IMG/VR virus record: IMGVR_UViG_3300028888_005256
DNA length: 64,000 nucleotides
From: a virus
Taxonomy: Duplodnaviria > Heunggongvirae > Uroviricota > Caudoviricetes
Direction: 5' to 3' (one strand)
Positions 26,790 to 37,257 of this stretch are shown here, in pieces (the stretch's first letter is position 1; each line of letters starts with the position of its first letter). The translations under genes and the position numbers were made by a program. The notes under the pieces are model-generated. The model saw only the letters and a program-made list of their open reading frames with translations. It was not told where the DNA came from and did no database searches.

Positions 26790-28187
26790 ATGAAGATTTA
26801 TGCACATCCGCCTTTTGAAACAGGCGTAAGCACAGCTGAGATAAAATTTGCTAATGAGAAAGAGAATCTCCACAAAAGAACTCTAAATGTAAATAAAGAG
26901 ACTCTCCTCGGTATAAAAGATGCTGATGGAAACTTTACTGTACCAGCCAAGCCTGTTTTATCTTTTAGCAAGAATGCTGGCAAGAATACAGTTAGTGATG
27001 ATACGCCACTTTCTGACTTGAGAGCTAAATTGAGAGACTTGTGGAAAGTCGGTTACACAAATGAAGCAGACTATTATTGGAGAAAAGAGTCAAGATACTC
27101 TATCACAATCGATCTTCATAACGAAAACTATAGATCTTCAGATGCAGTAGATACATCTAAAATAACTGCATCTACTGTTCATATGCTTAATGGTGGCATT
27201 AGCGGTCAGCATTGCTTATTAGATGGCAATACCCTAATGAGCACTTACAATGGTGGCTATAATAATGTATCTGGTAAGTTATCTTCATTAAAGTTTCTAT
27301 ATTTGTCAGACTTTGAGGATCCTGAAACTATAAAAAGCATTCTTACTCAAGTTGCAAACATACTGTACTACGACCCAAAAGATTTATCGAATGATAAAAA
27401 AGGTCTTTTGCTTGCACCCACTAGATTTTCAGAAAAAATAAATTGTCTTGATGACATTTTCTTTGACAAAGATGGTAATATGAACTTTTATTGCAAGTCA
27501 TTCTCAGTGCCGCCAAAGAAAAGAACTTTAAAGAATGACTATCTTGTCTACGCTACAATAGATGAGCTTTACATATCAAAGCTTACAGATGAAATTTCAA
27601 CAAAAGCTCTCAATATGAATAATATTGGAAAAATTGATATCGAGGCAAATGTTGATGAGAGCGGGAATATTCTAGATGAATGGCTTTTCTCAGGTGTCTA
27701 TACAAAGAGCAATGATCTTTTCATAAATACAGGTGTCGGAATTGTTCTCCAAGAAGAGTTGAGCTCAAAAGATGAGGGCGTCTATGAAGACGAATTCGGA
27801 GTATTTCATGTGAAAAAGCTCACAAAAAAGATTCTATCTTTACTTAATAGAAGCAATGGCTTGCTTAGAAGAGAGACTGAGGAAAAGATCAGCACAAAAT
27901 TCAATTGCACCTCAAGACAGGAAGTAAGCACATACATTTTTTATGATCCTTGTCTAATCACTGAAGAGACAGTTCAAGAAGTTAAAGAAGTTGTACGAAA
28001 TCAAGAACGAGTTGAATTGTTCAAAGAACCCGAAGAAGTAACGAGACTCTTTGATTTGAAATTATGCTACTTGCCCGATGAGAATGGTGTATCAGAACCC
28101 GTTGAGGGCCCAGCTGACAGAAAGTTCCATCCTTTGATGGACGATGTTTTATCTAGTGAAGTAGAAGTTATCGATGTTACAAATTAG
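26790..28187 (+). CDS. hypothetical protein
   Basis: 465-aa ORF, ACTAATTTT motif at 26776. Confidence 0.65.
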   Translation: MKIYAHPPFETGVSTAEIKFANEKENLHKRTLNVNKETLLGIKDADGNFTVPAKPVLSFSKNAGKNTVSDDTPLSDLRAKLRDLWKVGYTNEADYYWRKESRYSITIDLHNENYRSSDAVDTSKITASTVHMLNGGISGQHCLLDGNTLMSTYNGGYNNVSGKLSSLKFLYLSDFEDPETIKSILTQVANILYYDPKDLSNDKKGLLLAPTRFSEKINCLDDIFFDKDGNMNFYCKSFSVPPKKRTLKNDYLVYATIDELYISKLTDEISTKALNMNNIGKIDIEANVDESGNILDEWLFSGVYTKSNDLFINTGVGIVLQEELSSKDEGVYEDEFGVFHVKKLTKKILSLLNRSNGLLRRETEEKISTKFNCTSRQEVSTYIFYDPCLITEETVQEVKEVVRNQERVELFKEPEEVTRLFDLKLCYLPDENGVSEPVEGPADRKFHPLMDDVLSSEVEVIDVTN

Positions 28188-28198
28188 GAGATAGAGAA

Positions 28199-28717
28199 AT
28201 GGGCAAAAAAATGTCAGGTAAAAATTTTGCTGCTATGATGAGGTCTCGTCATACAGGCATTGCAATGTCTCCAGCAGAGTGGGACTCATACTTAGATAAT
28301 TTTGATACTATTGATGATGTCAAATGTGCGCCAAACTGGACAAGCGGTAAAGGCATGCAGGGTACAAGAGGCTATGGAAAAGATGGTACAAAATTTGACT
28401 CTAAATGGGAATATGCATATTACCTCTGGAAAAAAGACATCAAGGGCGAGTTCATTGAAAGAAATGACCATGAAGATTTCATAGAGTACACTGACACGAA
28501 TGGAAAGCTTAGAAAGTTTTATCCCGACTTTAGAGTAGCAGATGGATATTGTTTCACTGAGATTAAGGGAATCTGGCGAGATGCCGACTTGCGCAAGAAA
28601 GACCAATGCCCTCAAGTAAGATTTCTAGATGGCAATGACTTGAAGCCTATTATCCAAGAAGTGAACAAGAAGATTCCGAACTGGAAAGACTCTTATCAAG
28701 AGATCATTCATTTTTAG
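28199..28717 (+). CDS. PD-(D/E)XK endonuclease (TnsA-N / T7 endonuclease I-like)
   Basis: KFDSKWE, RKFYPDF, FTEIKG. Confidence 0.7.
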   Translation: MGKKMSGKNFAAMMRSRHTGIAMSPAEWDSYLDNFDTIDDVKCAPNWTSGKGMQGTRGYGKDGTKFDSKWEYAYYLWKKDIKGEFIERNDHEDFIEYTDTNGKLRKFYPDFRVADGYCFTEIKGIWRDADLRKKDQCPQVRFLDGNDLKPIIQEVNKKIPNWKDSYQEIIHF

Positions 28718-28738
28718 TGTTAATATTTTATATACGTT

Positions 28739-29677
28739 ATGAAAGTCAATATTATTGATGGCAGCAACATTTTCTTTATTTGTTATTCAATACTTCAAGC
28801 AAATATTGCAGATGAATGCAAAGCCAATGGAAAAGAGCCAAGACCAGTTGAAAAAAGAGACATACCTGAACTTTTAGACATTTTTGTTATGAAGCTCAAG
28901 CTTTTCTTAAATCAACGAAATAACATTGTTTGCTTTGAGGGTAAGAACTCTTCAAAATGGAGAAAAGACATTTATCCTGAATACAAAGGAAACAGAAACC
29001 GTTCAAGTGAAGATGCGCTTTTTGATTGTCTGGAAGAATGTCAGAAGATTTGTAAGTATCTCCCTTGCAAAGTGATGAAGGTAGAAAACTGTGAGGGTGA
29101 TGATGTAATGTTCGCTCTTGCAGAAAGAATCATCACAACTACAAATCATGATGTAGAGCTTATTTCTTCTGATGAAGACTGGACTCAAGTAGAAGTGTTC
29201 TTCCCTGGAAGAGTTCAGTGTTTTCACCCTATTAAAAAAGAATATAGAGTAGTAAACCCTAAGATTGTTCAGGAAAAAGTTTATGTAGGCGATGGTTCAG
29301 ACAATATTAAATTCAAAAAAGGTCTTGGACCAAAAACTCTTGAAAAGATGAGAGAGTCTAAAGCAGTCTATGATAAATGGGTCACTTCAGAAGAAGATAA
29401 AGAAAGGCTTAGAAGAATTCACAAAATTGTCGATTTGAGATGCTTTCCTCTAGAATACAGAAAGAGTATCATTAAGAGCTTTAATGAAGAGAAATACAAC
29501 AAAACTGATTACGAAGAGCTTAGCAAAAAGCTGTCAGACTTCACAATCAACTGTATTGAGGGAGCTTTTGATAGTAGAGCTAGACGATGCGTCGAAGATG
29601 ATTACATTGAGTCTTTGCCAGAACCGTTCTTAGAACTTGACTCCTCAGATGTTTGGATTAGAGATTTAGCAAGTTGA
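28739..29677 (+). CDS. 5'-3' exonuclease / flap endonuclease (T4 RNase H-like)
   Basis: IIDGSN, YPEYKGNR, EGDDV, SSDEDWTQ, GDGSDNI..KGLGPKT (H3TH). Confidence 0.9.
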   Translation: MKVNIIDGSNIFFICYSILQANIADECKANGKEPRPVEKRDIPELLDIFVMKLKLFLNQRNNIVCFEGKNSSKWRKDIYPEYKGNRNRSSEDALFDCLEECQKICKYLPCKVMKVENCEGDDVMFALAERIITTTNHDVELISSDEDWTQVEVFFPGRVQCFHPIKKEYRVVNPKIVQEKVYVGDGSDNIKFKKGLGPKTLEKMRESKAVYDKWVTSEEDKERLRRIHKIVDLRCFPLEYRKSIIKSFNEEKYNKTDYEELSKKLSDFTINCIEGAFDSRARRCVEDDYIESLPEPFLELDSSDVWIRDLAS

Positions 29678-29680
29678 GTG

Positions 29681-29711
29681 AAAGAGCTGCAGAAATGCAG
29701 CTCTTTTTTTT
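29681..29711. terminator. bidirectional intrinsic terminator
   Basis: AAAGAGCTGCA-gaaa-TGCAGCTCTTT plus T-run. Confidence 0.8.
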
Positions 29712-30053
29712 TCACTTTCCCTCGAATTGTTCTACTTTTTCTACTGTAACAGTAGTTTTTCCGTCAGAGTCTGCTGTAGTAGTTGTCTTAGCAGTTGCTT
29801 CATTGCCAGTCTCAAAGCCCTGAAGAGCTTTTGAAGTTGTGACAATGCCTGTAAGAATGCCAAGCAAAACTGCTGCACCACTTATAAGATCATTGCTGAA
29901 GTCTTTTCCAAGAAAATGTGCAACAATGTATGACACAAGAATCATGAGAATGACTATAATGTCAAATTTCACTACTGAAGCAAAAGCCCATCTTGTAGAT
30001 GAGATGCTTGAGTTGTCATCTGCTATCTCTCTCAATGATATAAAGTTTTTCAT
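29712..30053 (-). CDS. two-TM membrane protein, holin-like
   Basis: SSTRW followed by two hydrophobic helices and a charged C-terminus. Confidence 0.45.
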   Translation of the reverse strand: MKNFISLREIADDNSSISSTRWAFASVVKFDIIVILMILVSYIVAHFLGKDFSNDLISGAAVLLGILTGIVTTSKALQGFETGNEATAKTTTTADSDGKTTVTVEKVEQFEGK

Positions 30054-30068
30054 TTATCTGTCTCCTTT

Positions 30069-31001
30069 TTATGTCCATTTACCGCAGTTTACAAGTTGCT
30101 CACCGTCTATTGTAAGCAATGTTCCGCTATCTTCATTTCTCTTTTTTGACAAGCCTATTCTATAGAAATAATCTGGCTGGTCAGTATCGAGAATTGCTGT
30201 GAGATATGAGAATGTTTGGATTTTTGACGTAATGTCTCCAATTTGACCTCGTTTGCCTTCTGGTAAAGAAAGAACAATTGGCTTAGTATTATCAGAGTAG
30301 GGCTCTATATAGACTGACGAGTCTCCTACAATAGTTGCTTTAGCCAAGCCTTTTGTCATGTCTGTAGTAATCTCATATTTAGCTGATGCACCGTCAAGTC
30401 TTATGAGTGCCCATCCGCCATATATCGGAAAACGTCTTGTAATGTATGGTCTACACCAGTCTGTAACAGGATCATAAGATCCGCTCGAGTTAAGTTCGTA
30501 GCCAATGTAAATTGCAAGCACTGCACATTCAAAAATGCCATAGTTCTGACCATTTGCAGGCTTCTTAAAATTCATGAGATTATCTTTGTTTGTGAGCATA
30601 TAAGCATCGCCAATATGCAATTCTTTCAGAGTGCTCTGCGAGGCTCCACGCTCCCATCCTAGAAGCTCAAATGGACTTTTTCTGCTTATAGCTTCGTAGT
30701 CAAAGCCTTCCAAAATAGTGTCAATCTCTTCTGTATAAATGGCACCTTTGAAATTGAATGAATCCGCAGGACTGACTTGTTCCCATTTATTTGTAGGTAG
30801 ACCTGTGCTTAGGTCTATGCCCCCAATGTACAAGACCCTCTCTTTTACATCATAGAAAGGCATGCCAGGCGGAACTATATGATTGCCATCTTTATCAACG
30901 CCAAATTTGTCGAACTTGTCTTTGTCACCGCGAGCAAAGAGAATTATATTCACATTATCAGAGTATGCACTGATAGGATCAGACATAGTAGCCTCCGTCA
31001 A
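30069..31001 (-). CDS. putative virion/fibre-associated protein
   Basis: FNFKGAIY...IGDAYM module shared with the upstream gene; overlaps it. Confidence 0.55.
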   Translation of the reverse strand: MTEATMSDPISAYSDNVNIILFARGDKDKFDKFGVDKDGNHIVPPGMPFYDVKERVLYIGGIDLSTGLPTNKWEQVSPADSFNFKGAIYTEEIDTILEGFDYEAISRKSPFELLGWERGASQSTLKELHIGDAYMLTNKDNLMNFKKPANGQNYGIFECAVLAIYIGYELNSSGSYDPVTDWCRPYITRRFPIYGGWALIRLDGASAKYEITTDMTKGLAKATIVGDSSVYIEPYSDNTKPIVLSLPEGKRGQIGDITSKIQTFSYLTAILDTDQPDYFYRIGLSKKRNEDSGTLLTIDGEQLVNCGKWT

Positions 31002-33966
31002 TTACGCTATTATTTGTAAGCAATGTTCCAGACTCTGCAGGCATCTCAACAAAAACATCAATTTTGTCTACAGGATTTCCTGTAAGAGGATCTCTTGCTT
31101 GAGGTGTGTCGGGACTGTAGCTTTGCGGCACAATGAATCCTGTCTGACCATTCTCACTTCCAACTCCGAGAGCTTGCTTAGCAAGCAATGTGCCATTAGA
31201 GAAATCGTCATCACCTACTACAACATTTGCTTTGATGCTGATGTCTTTGCTGTCAACAGTAGCGCCTGTTCTTGCAATAGAATTCTGTACTGAAGAACTT
31301 TCTGTTCCTGAGATTGAGCCAGACTCAGTTCTTCTATTGAGAACACTTCTGAGAAGTCCCTTTATGAGCTTGATAGGAGATGATACAAGAGGATTGAGAA
31401 CCACCTTGTCTTTTTGATTGTCTACATTTATTCTTTTGCCAAAAATCGGGATCTCATTCTCTCTGTCAATAGGCAGACTCTCATCATCTATCTCTTTGAA
31501 CAGAGAATAAATGTCTTTCTGAGAAGCTAGAGTGCTTCCCTCAGATGGAAGGCTGAATATTTCATTTTTTGTAGAGGTTACATTTCTTTGCAAAGAAGAA
31601 ACGGAGCCCACTAAAGTGCCAGAATCATTGAAGCTCTGCGAATTTGTGTTTCCAAGTTTAAGACTGAAGCTCTCAAGCTGCTTTGCACTTACAGATTTAT
31701 TATTGCCAATGTTGATCGCATTCTGCTTTTCAACTATAGAAGATGATTCAAGATGTTCTCCAGTAAAGTCGGCAATTGGTACAGTGTTCTCAGCAATTTT
31801 CTTTCTTGTAGCAAGCAAAGTTGACTGATAATCGGTAGCAGCATCCGTTGCAATTGAGTTCTTGTCGTAAGAAAATCTTGGCAAGAAAACTGTATGCTTA
31901 TCTTGCTTATTTATATCATTGTCGTAGCTAGAAGGTCTAAGACTTATTTTAGCATTTTTCTTATTTAAGAAGTTTATGCTTGAAAGCTCATGGCTGTCTG
32001 CAGAGGACTGATTTACTATTTTCTTTGCATGAACATTGATATCACCTGTAATGTCTAAGTCTCTATTAGACTTTGCCATGCCAGTACTGTCGAACTCACC
32101 AATCTGAACATTGTCATGCAAAGTAGTCTTTGCAGAAGATTCAAGCTTGTCTAACTCATCAAGACGCTCTTTATCAGTTCTAGCTGAAGTAGATATAGAA
32201 GAGTTTCTAATTGTGCCACTGTTATTGTCATACTCAGGAATGAAGTTTTCTTTAGATTCTTCATATCCTTCATTAGATACTTTCTGGTCTACAAGATTCT
32301 TGCCAACAATAGTTACAGAATTTGAGCCAGAATTCATAAGACCAATCTTAGCACCAGCTTTCAAAATTGGCGTACCAACAAGAGTCAAGTCTGACTGGCT
32401 AACATCTTGTATGTGTACATTATCTTGAGTAGCTGAGTCAATCTTGTATTGCAGGCTTGACAATCTTTCAGAATTGTCTATCTTGAGATATGAGACCTGG
32501 TCATTTTCGTCTTTATATCTTACAATCCAGTCACCATTGTTGAGTTCTAGAGTTCTTTCTTCTTTTGTGCCATCACTAGCTACTTCAACGTATTTGTATT
32601 GCAAGTTCACAATGTTTTTGCTCATTGTGACTACATAGTAATCTGCTCTAGAGTCTTCTTCTACTACGCCATTCTCTGGTGTCTTAAACTCATAATTTGG
32701 AAGAGATGCAAAATTGTCGCTGTTAGTAGAAGTAGTTCCGTTACCATTATCAGTGACTTGGTCTTCATTCTTTAGGGGACACCATTCACCTTTGAACTGA
32801 AGCGCACCAAGAACTGTATCATGCAACTGTGATAAAGGAACTTTTCCACTTTCATCAAGCTGAGCTTTGCTACTCATCAAGAAGTCAAGTGCTTGCTTTA
32901 CATTTTCGCTATTGCCCACAAAGTTATCTTTATGACTTTGAGAGAAAGTGCTACTTAGAGAGTTGACAAACTCTTGTCTATCTGATTTTGATGGATAGTA
33001 GTTTATCTCTTCTGCTCTATTATAGCCACAGTGTATGATTTCCCAGTGACATGAGTCCCAGCAGTCATGAGGATCACCGCTGTCAGACTCTAAGTAAGAG
33101 GGATTGCTTGTACCATGATAGATAGCAAAATCGCCTTTATATGCTGTTCCTGCATCAATGCCAAATTGTATATTATCACTCTTGACCAAGTAAAGTCCGC
33201 CCATAACAGGACTTGATGGTATGTCTTTTTGAGTGTATATCTCTCCAGCAAATTGAAGTTTCTCACATTGTAGCTCTATGAGAGCGTCTCTTACAGTAGT
33301 ATTGTTGAACTGCGACTTCTTTGTTGGCTGTATTTCGTAATCAGTCTCGCCCCAGCTAGGTCTGCCGTCGTCAAAGAAAACATGACCAGCATCCATCTCA
33401 GTAGTAGAGAGCTTTATGTACTTAATTGTGCAACGCTGTTGATAAGTCCATGTAGTAGTTCGTCCACTATTGTCTGGCGTATCAGTAATAAGCAAAATAT
33501 CGCCTTTCTGAAAACGGTCAAACGTGAACGAATTGTCTTTCATAAAGTTCAAATGATCATTTTCAGGGTCTGCACCAAGATTCTCATAAGCATACTCTCT
33601 AGTTTTACTGTAACCGTATCTTTCGTAGTACAGAGTGTTTTTGCTTTTGCTAAATGACCAGAAATCACCTACTTGTGCATGCTCAAATATAGGATTAGAA
33701 ATTCCGCCTACTGCATCGTCAATTTCTCCTCTGTATACTAAGCTCTTCTGAACTCTTGCACCTGCAATAGGGATAGCAGGTTCATCTATGCTATTATCAT
33801 TAAGAGAAGGACGACCTATCCACAAAGTACCTTCATTGTACTTTTTATGATTCTCATTCTTATACTCGTCAGAAGTTCTTGCTTCCCAGAAAAGCTCAGC
33901 TTGACCAAAGCCAGCTTCTTCTTTTTTAGATAGAGTACCTCTAGAAATCTCAGTAATATTTGCCAT
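30979..33966 (-). CDS. large tail-fibre-like virion protein
   Basis: 995 aa; GKVPLSQL..LGALQFKGEW, repeated (Y/F)xG...GD(F/W) modules, LPxxxGTL motifs, terminal IDGG. Confidence 0.6.
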   Translation of the reverse strand: MANITEISRGTLSKKEEAGFGQAELFWEARTSDEYKNENHKKYNEGTLWIGRPSLNDNSIDEPAIPIAGARVQKSLVYRGEIDDAVGGISNPIFEHAQVGDFWSFSKSKNTLYYERYGYSKTREYAYENLGADPENDHLNFMKDNSFTFDRFQKGDILLITDTPDNSGRTTTWTYQQRCTIKYIKLSTTEMDAGHVFFDDGRPSWGETDYEIQPTKKSQFNNTTVRDALIELQCEKLQFAGEIYTQKDIPSSPVMGGLYLVKSDNIQFGIDAGTAYKGDFAIYHGTSNPSYLESDSGDPHDCWDSCHWEIIHCGYNRAEEINYYPSKSDRQEFVNSLSSTFSQSHKDNFVGNSENVKQALDFLMSSKAQLDESGKVPLSQLHDTVLGALQFKGEWCPLKNEDQVTDNGNGTTSTNSDNFASLPNYEFKTPENGVVEEDSRADYYVVTMSKNIVNLQYKYVEVASDGTKEERTLELNNGDWIVRYKDENDQVSYLKIDNSERLSSLQYKIDSATQDNVHIQDVSQSDLTLVGTPILKAGAKIGLMNSGSNSVTIVGKNLVDQKVSNEGYEESKENFIPEYDNNSGTIRNSSISTSARTDKERLDELDKLESSAKTTLHDNVQIGEFDSTGMAKSNRDLDITGDINVHAKKIVNQSSADSHELSSINFLNKKNAKISLRPSSYDNDINKQDKHTVFLPRFSYDKNSIATDAATDYQSTLLATRKKIAENTVPIADFTGEHLESSSIVEKQNAINIGNNKSVSAKQLESFSLKLGNTNSQSFNDSGTLVGSVSSLQRNVTSTKNEIFSLPSEGSTLASQKDIYSLFKEIDDESLPIDRENEIPIFGKRINVDNQKDKVVLNPLVSSPIKLIKGLLRSVLNRRTESGSISGTESSSVQNSIARTGATVDSKDISIKANVVVGDDDFSNGTLLAKQALGVGSENGQTGFIVPQSYSPDTPQARDPLTGNPVDKIDVFVEMPAESGTLLTNNSVIDGGYYV

Positions 33967-34002
33967 AGAAAATTAGTAAGTAGAAGCTATTATATTATTG
34001 AT

Positions 34003-34179
34003 ATGGAAAGAGAGAAATTAGAATTGTTGAGAGAAGAACTCATTCGGTACAGACAGATCTTTCTCATGGACCGTTTAGAGAACTTTAAGCATGAGAGATT
34101 CCTGACAACTATTGACTGCCATATAGAAGACTTAGACATTCTTCTAGACGATACAGAAGACAAATCTATTAATAATTAA
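34003..34179 (+). CDS. 58-aa hypothetical protein (MEREKLELLREELIRYRQ...)
   Basis: not in the ORF track; directly after the TATTATATTATT motif; stop lies inside element E5. Confidence 0.4.
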   Translation: MEREKLELLREELIRYRQIFLMDRLENFKHERFLTTIDCHIEDLDILLDDTEDKSINN

Positions 34180-34285
34180 TTAATAATTAATAGCAAGTCA
34201 ACCACTTTCGTATTCGGCGCGTAGCGCCATTAATAGTTGACGAATTCGTAATCATAAGGTAACAGTTGTTAACCATAGGTAACAA
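34167..34285 (+). repeat. dispersed bipartite element copy E5 (core 34227-34248) with TTGTTAACCATAGGTAACAA at 34266-34285
   Basis: exact core match; shares GCGCGTAGCG with E1. Confidence 0.9.
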
Positions 34286-34377
34286 GTTTTAGAAAAATAT
34301 TTTATTTTGTGAAAAAACAAACTTTTCTCTATTATATTATTATCATCTTAAACAACTTAAACCTTGGAGGTTACAAT

Positions 34378-34833
34378 ATGAAATCAACAATCAAAGAATT
34401 TGTCTATACAAAAGCTAATGGTGAAACTGCAGTTCGCAAAGTTTTCGTAATGAATGAAACAGACTCTCACATTCAGGGATTTGAAATCAACTACCTTTCA
34501 AAAACTGCAGCTCGTAAGCTTAAGAAACTTCTTGCAAACCATTCAGTTCACAACAACCTGGCTACAAGAGCCAATCCTTCTTCTACACAGATTGCTGGAC
34601 TTAATCCTGATTGGATTCATTCAGCATGGCGCACATTCAAAAAATCAGGCATCAAAAATGATGTTATGACTCGCAAACAGCTTATCTCATACTTCGTTGA
34701 TAACGGATATGCAAAAAGCCGCAAAGCTGCTTCAAACAACATCAGCTCAGTCCTTCTTGCTAAGAATGGCCGCAAATCAGCTTATGGATTTAAGCTTTCA
34801 CTTGGTGCAGATGGAGTGGTTTGTCTTCACTAA
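34378..34833 (+). CDS. small basic DNA-binding protein, SH3/WYL-like N-terminus and NUMOD1-like C-terminus
   Basis: GGAGG RBS before ATG 34378; FVYTKANGETAVRKV; ISSVLLAKNGRKSAYGFKL. Confidence 0.5.
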   Translation: MKSTIKEFVYTKANGETAVRKVFVMNETDSHIQGFEINYLSKTAARKLKKLLANHSVHNNLATRANPSSTQIAGLNPDWIHSAWRTFKKSGIKNDVMTRKQLISYFVDNGYAKSRKAASNNISSVLLAKNGRKSAYGFKLSLGADGVVCLH

Positions 34834-34845
34834 TCTTCTTAAATC

Positions 34846-34868
34846 TGGCTGGCTTTTTGCCAGCTAGT
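34846..34868 (+). terminator. probable intrinsic terminator
   Basis: CTGGCTGGC-ttttt-GCCAGCTAG hairpin. Confidence 0.55.
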
Positions 34869-34889
34869 TGGAGTTAATTTTCTATAATT

Positions 34890-36527
34890 ATGATTGACTT
34901 TAAAAAATTTTTTCCATACCCGACGATAAGAGACCAGCAGGAAAAGACACTTCAAGAAATTGCATCTCATTGGTACGACAAAAAATACTTTATTCTTGAA
35001 TTGGGAACGGGAATCGGAAAATCTGCTATTGCAAAATGTATTGCAAGTTTTTCATCTTCTGCCTACATTGTCACAGAGACAAAGCAGCTTATGGACCAGT
35101 ATATAAAAGATTTTTCTGGTTCTAGAGACTTGGTTGACATTAAAGGTCGTAATAATTATGAGTGTGTCAAATACCCAAATTTTGACTGCTCAAATGCTCC
35201 ATGCATGTCTATGACATCTAAGTCGGCAGCTCGTATGAATTGCATGTCTTCTTGTAAGTATATTCAGCAAAGACAGGCAGCTATTAATGCTCACACAGCT
35301 CTTACAAGTTACAGCTTCCTTTTTAAGATTGCAAACTCTTTGAAAAAGACTCAGGGCTCAGATTCAAGGTCTTGGCAGAGACGACAGACAATTATTTTTG
35401 ATGAAGCACACAGTCTTGAAGACCAGATTGTTACAATGGCTCAATTCGCGTTGTCACCAGAAAAGCTTAACGAGCGTCATGCATTATTTGACAACTGTAG
35501 TCCTGAAGAGAGAAAGGATCTTTTGAGCAAGTTCTCTGCTGCGGGATTTGATGCCAATGCTGCAAAAATCAATCGAATAAACTCTCTTATTATACAGAAA
35601 TTGAATGAGTACGAAAGTGACATTGAGAGTTTCTCAGACAGTCTAAATGATGAAGTTGCTGAAGAGAATATAAAAGAACTTGTAAAGAAGAAGCATGGAC
35701 TTTCAGATCTGAAGAAAAAACTTGATGCATTTGCCTCTACATACAAAGACGATTCTAGCTGGATTGTCCAGCCAGACATAGAGGGTGATTTAGTTTTCAC
35801 TCCCCTTGAGATTAACGATTTGTTTAAGCTGTACTGTGATGCATGGGCAGACAAATTCGTATTTATGAGTGCGTCTCTTCTCGATACAGAAGGCTACATT
35901 AAGATGCTTGGAATTGAAAGAGACAAATGTCTTGTAATCAAGAAAGACTCTCCATTTGATCCAGCAAAAAGTCCTATTTACTTTATGCCTTGTGGAAAAA
36001 TGACTTATTCTGACATAGCAAATTCTATGCCAAAAGTTATTCAAATCGTAGGCAAAGTCCTTGATAGCAAAAAAGACCAAAAAGGTATTATTCACACAGG
36101 CACTTACAAGATTGCAAAAGAGATTTATGACTCAATTCAGAGTCCCAGATTTTTGATGAGAAGCAGTGATAAAGTGTCAAATCAGAATCTTCTTGATGTG
36201 CATTCACGCAGTAAGAATTCTGTTCTTTTAAGTCCCTCTATGACAACTGGTGTAGACTTGAAAGATGACCTGTCTAGATGGCAAATAGTTATCAAGATGC
36301 CATTTGCATCTTTATCAGATGAGCGAATAAAAGCAAAATCAGCAAAAGACTTCAACTGGTATGTTTGCAATGCACTTCGTACAATGCTTCAGGCTTGTGG
36401 TCGCTCAACTCGCTCAGAAGATGACTCGTCAGTTACTTATGTGCTTGACTCTTCTTTTGAGAAGTGGATAAAGCAGTACAGACACTGGTTACCAAAAAGC
36501 TTTGTAGACCGAATCAAAGGCTTCTAA
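34890..36527 (+). CDS. DinG/XPD-family SF2 helicase with Fe-S cluster
   Basis: Q motif (RDQQ), GTGIGKS, four Cys, IFDEAH, MSAS, TGVD, QACGRSTR. Confidence 0.9.
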   Translation: MIDFKKFFPYPTIRDQQEKTLQEIASHWYDKKYFILELGTGIGKSAIAKCIASFSSSAYIVTETKQLMDQYIKDFSGSRDLVDIKGRNNYECVKYPNFDCSNAPCMSMTSKSAARMNCMSSCKYIQQRQAAINAHTALTSYSFLFKIANSLKKTQGSDSRSWQRRQTIIFDEAHSLEDQIVTMAQFALSPEKLNERHALFDNCSPEERKDLLSKFSAAGFDANAAKINRINSLIIQKLNEYESDIESFSDSLNDEVAEENIKELVKKKHGLSDLKKKLDAFASTYKDDSSWIVQPDIEGDLVFTPLEINDLFKLYCDAWADKFVFMSASLLDTEGYIKMLGIERDKCLVIKKDSPFDPAKSPIYFMPCGKMTYSDIANSMPKVIQIVGKVLDSKKDQKGIIHTGTYKIAKEIYDSIQSPRFLMRSSDKVSNQNLLDVHSRSKNSVLLSPSMTTGVDLKDDLSRWQIVIKMPFASLSDERIKAKSAKDFNWYVCNALRTMLQACGRSTRSEDDSSVTYVLDSSFEKWIKQYRHWLPKSFVDRIKGF

Positions 36528-36625
36528 GTAGTATTTAAAAACCCTAGAAATCTTCTTACAGATGTCCAACTAATTTTTTTAAATATTTATAGAAAAAAGT
36601 TGGATATTCTTTTAAGGGGACTTTC

Positions 36626-37144
36626 GTGGCTGCTTCATTAGAGGTTATAATTGGTCTAATTACTATAGCTTCTGCTATAGGGACAGTATTTTTAGTTGTT
36701 TTTAAACTCGGTAAGAGGGTCGCATCTTTTGAGCAGACTACTAAACAGCAAAAAGAAGATCTCCAGAAAGTAGATGAAAAGTTTTCTAACATAGAACTTG
36801 AATTCCTCAAAGAGAAAGAACGCAATAAAGAAAACTATATCAAGCTTGATACAAAGATTGATCTCTCATTTGAGAAAACTAACGATAAGATCGAAGAATC
36901 TATTGATAGAGTAAGAAAAGAACTTACAGAACAAATCACCAAATTTGCTGAGGCTCTTGATAGACAGAGCGACATTTTCCACCAAGACTTGGAAAAGTTC
37001 AATGAAAAACTTATTAGTGTAAAAGAAGAGCTTTCTACTGTAACGAAAGACACTACTGAAATAAAATCAGATGTATCGCATCTAAAAGAAGATGTAAAAG
37101 ACTTAAAGTCTGAAATGAAATCAATGTACAAAAAAGAAGATTAA
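36626..37144 (+). CDS. single-TM coiled-coil membrane protein
   Basis: hydrophobic N-terminus followed by heptad-rich K/E helix. Confidence 0.6.
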   Translation: MAASLEVIIGLITIASAIGTVFLVVFKLGKRVASFEQTTKQQKEDLQKVDEKFSNIELEFLKEKERNKENYIKLDTKIDLSFEKTNDKIEESIDRVRKELTEQITKFAEALDRQSDIFHQDLEKFNEKLISVKEELSTVTKDTTEIKSDVSHLKEDVKDLKSEMKSMYKKED

Positions 37145-37147
37145 AAT

Positions 37148-37181
37148 AGAAAAGGGTGCTCTTAAAGCACCCTTAGTTTTT
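37148..37181. terminator. bidirectional intrinsic terminator
   Basis: AAGGGTGC-tcttaaa-GCACCCTT; same stem as at 25171. Confidence 0.8.
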
Positions 37182-37182
37182 T

Positions 37183-37257
37183 CTACTTCTGCTGCTTACG
37201 CAGTTTTTTCAATTCTTCCTTCTTTTTCTTAGAAATCACAATTTTCTTGTTTTTCAT
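37183..37257 (-). CDS. 24-aa Lys-rich peptide MKNKKIVISKKKKEELKKLRKQQK
   Basis: not in the ORF track; AGGA RBS, GTTAATTT motif and element E6 upstream, terminator immediately downstream. Confidence 0.45.
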   Translation of the reverse strand: MKNKKIVISKKKKEELKKLRKQQK

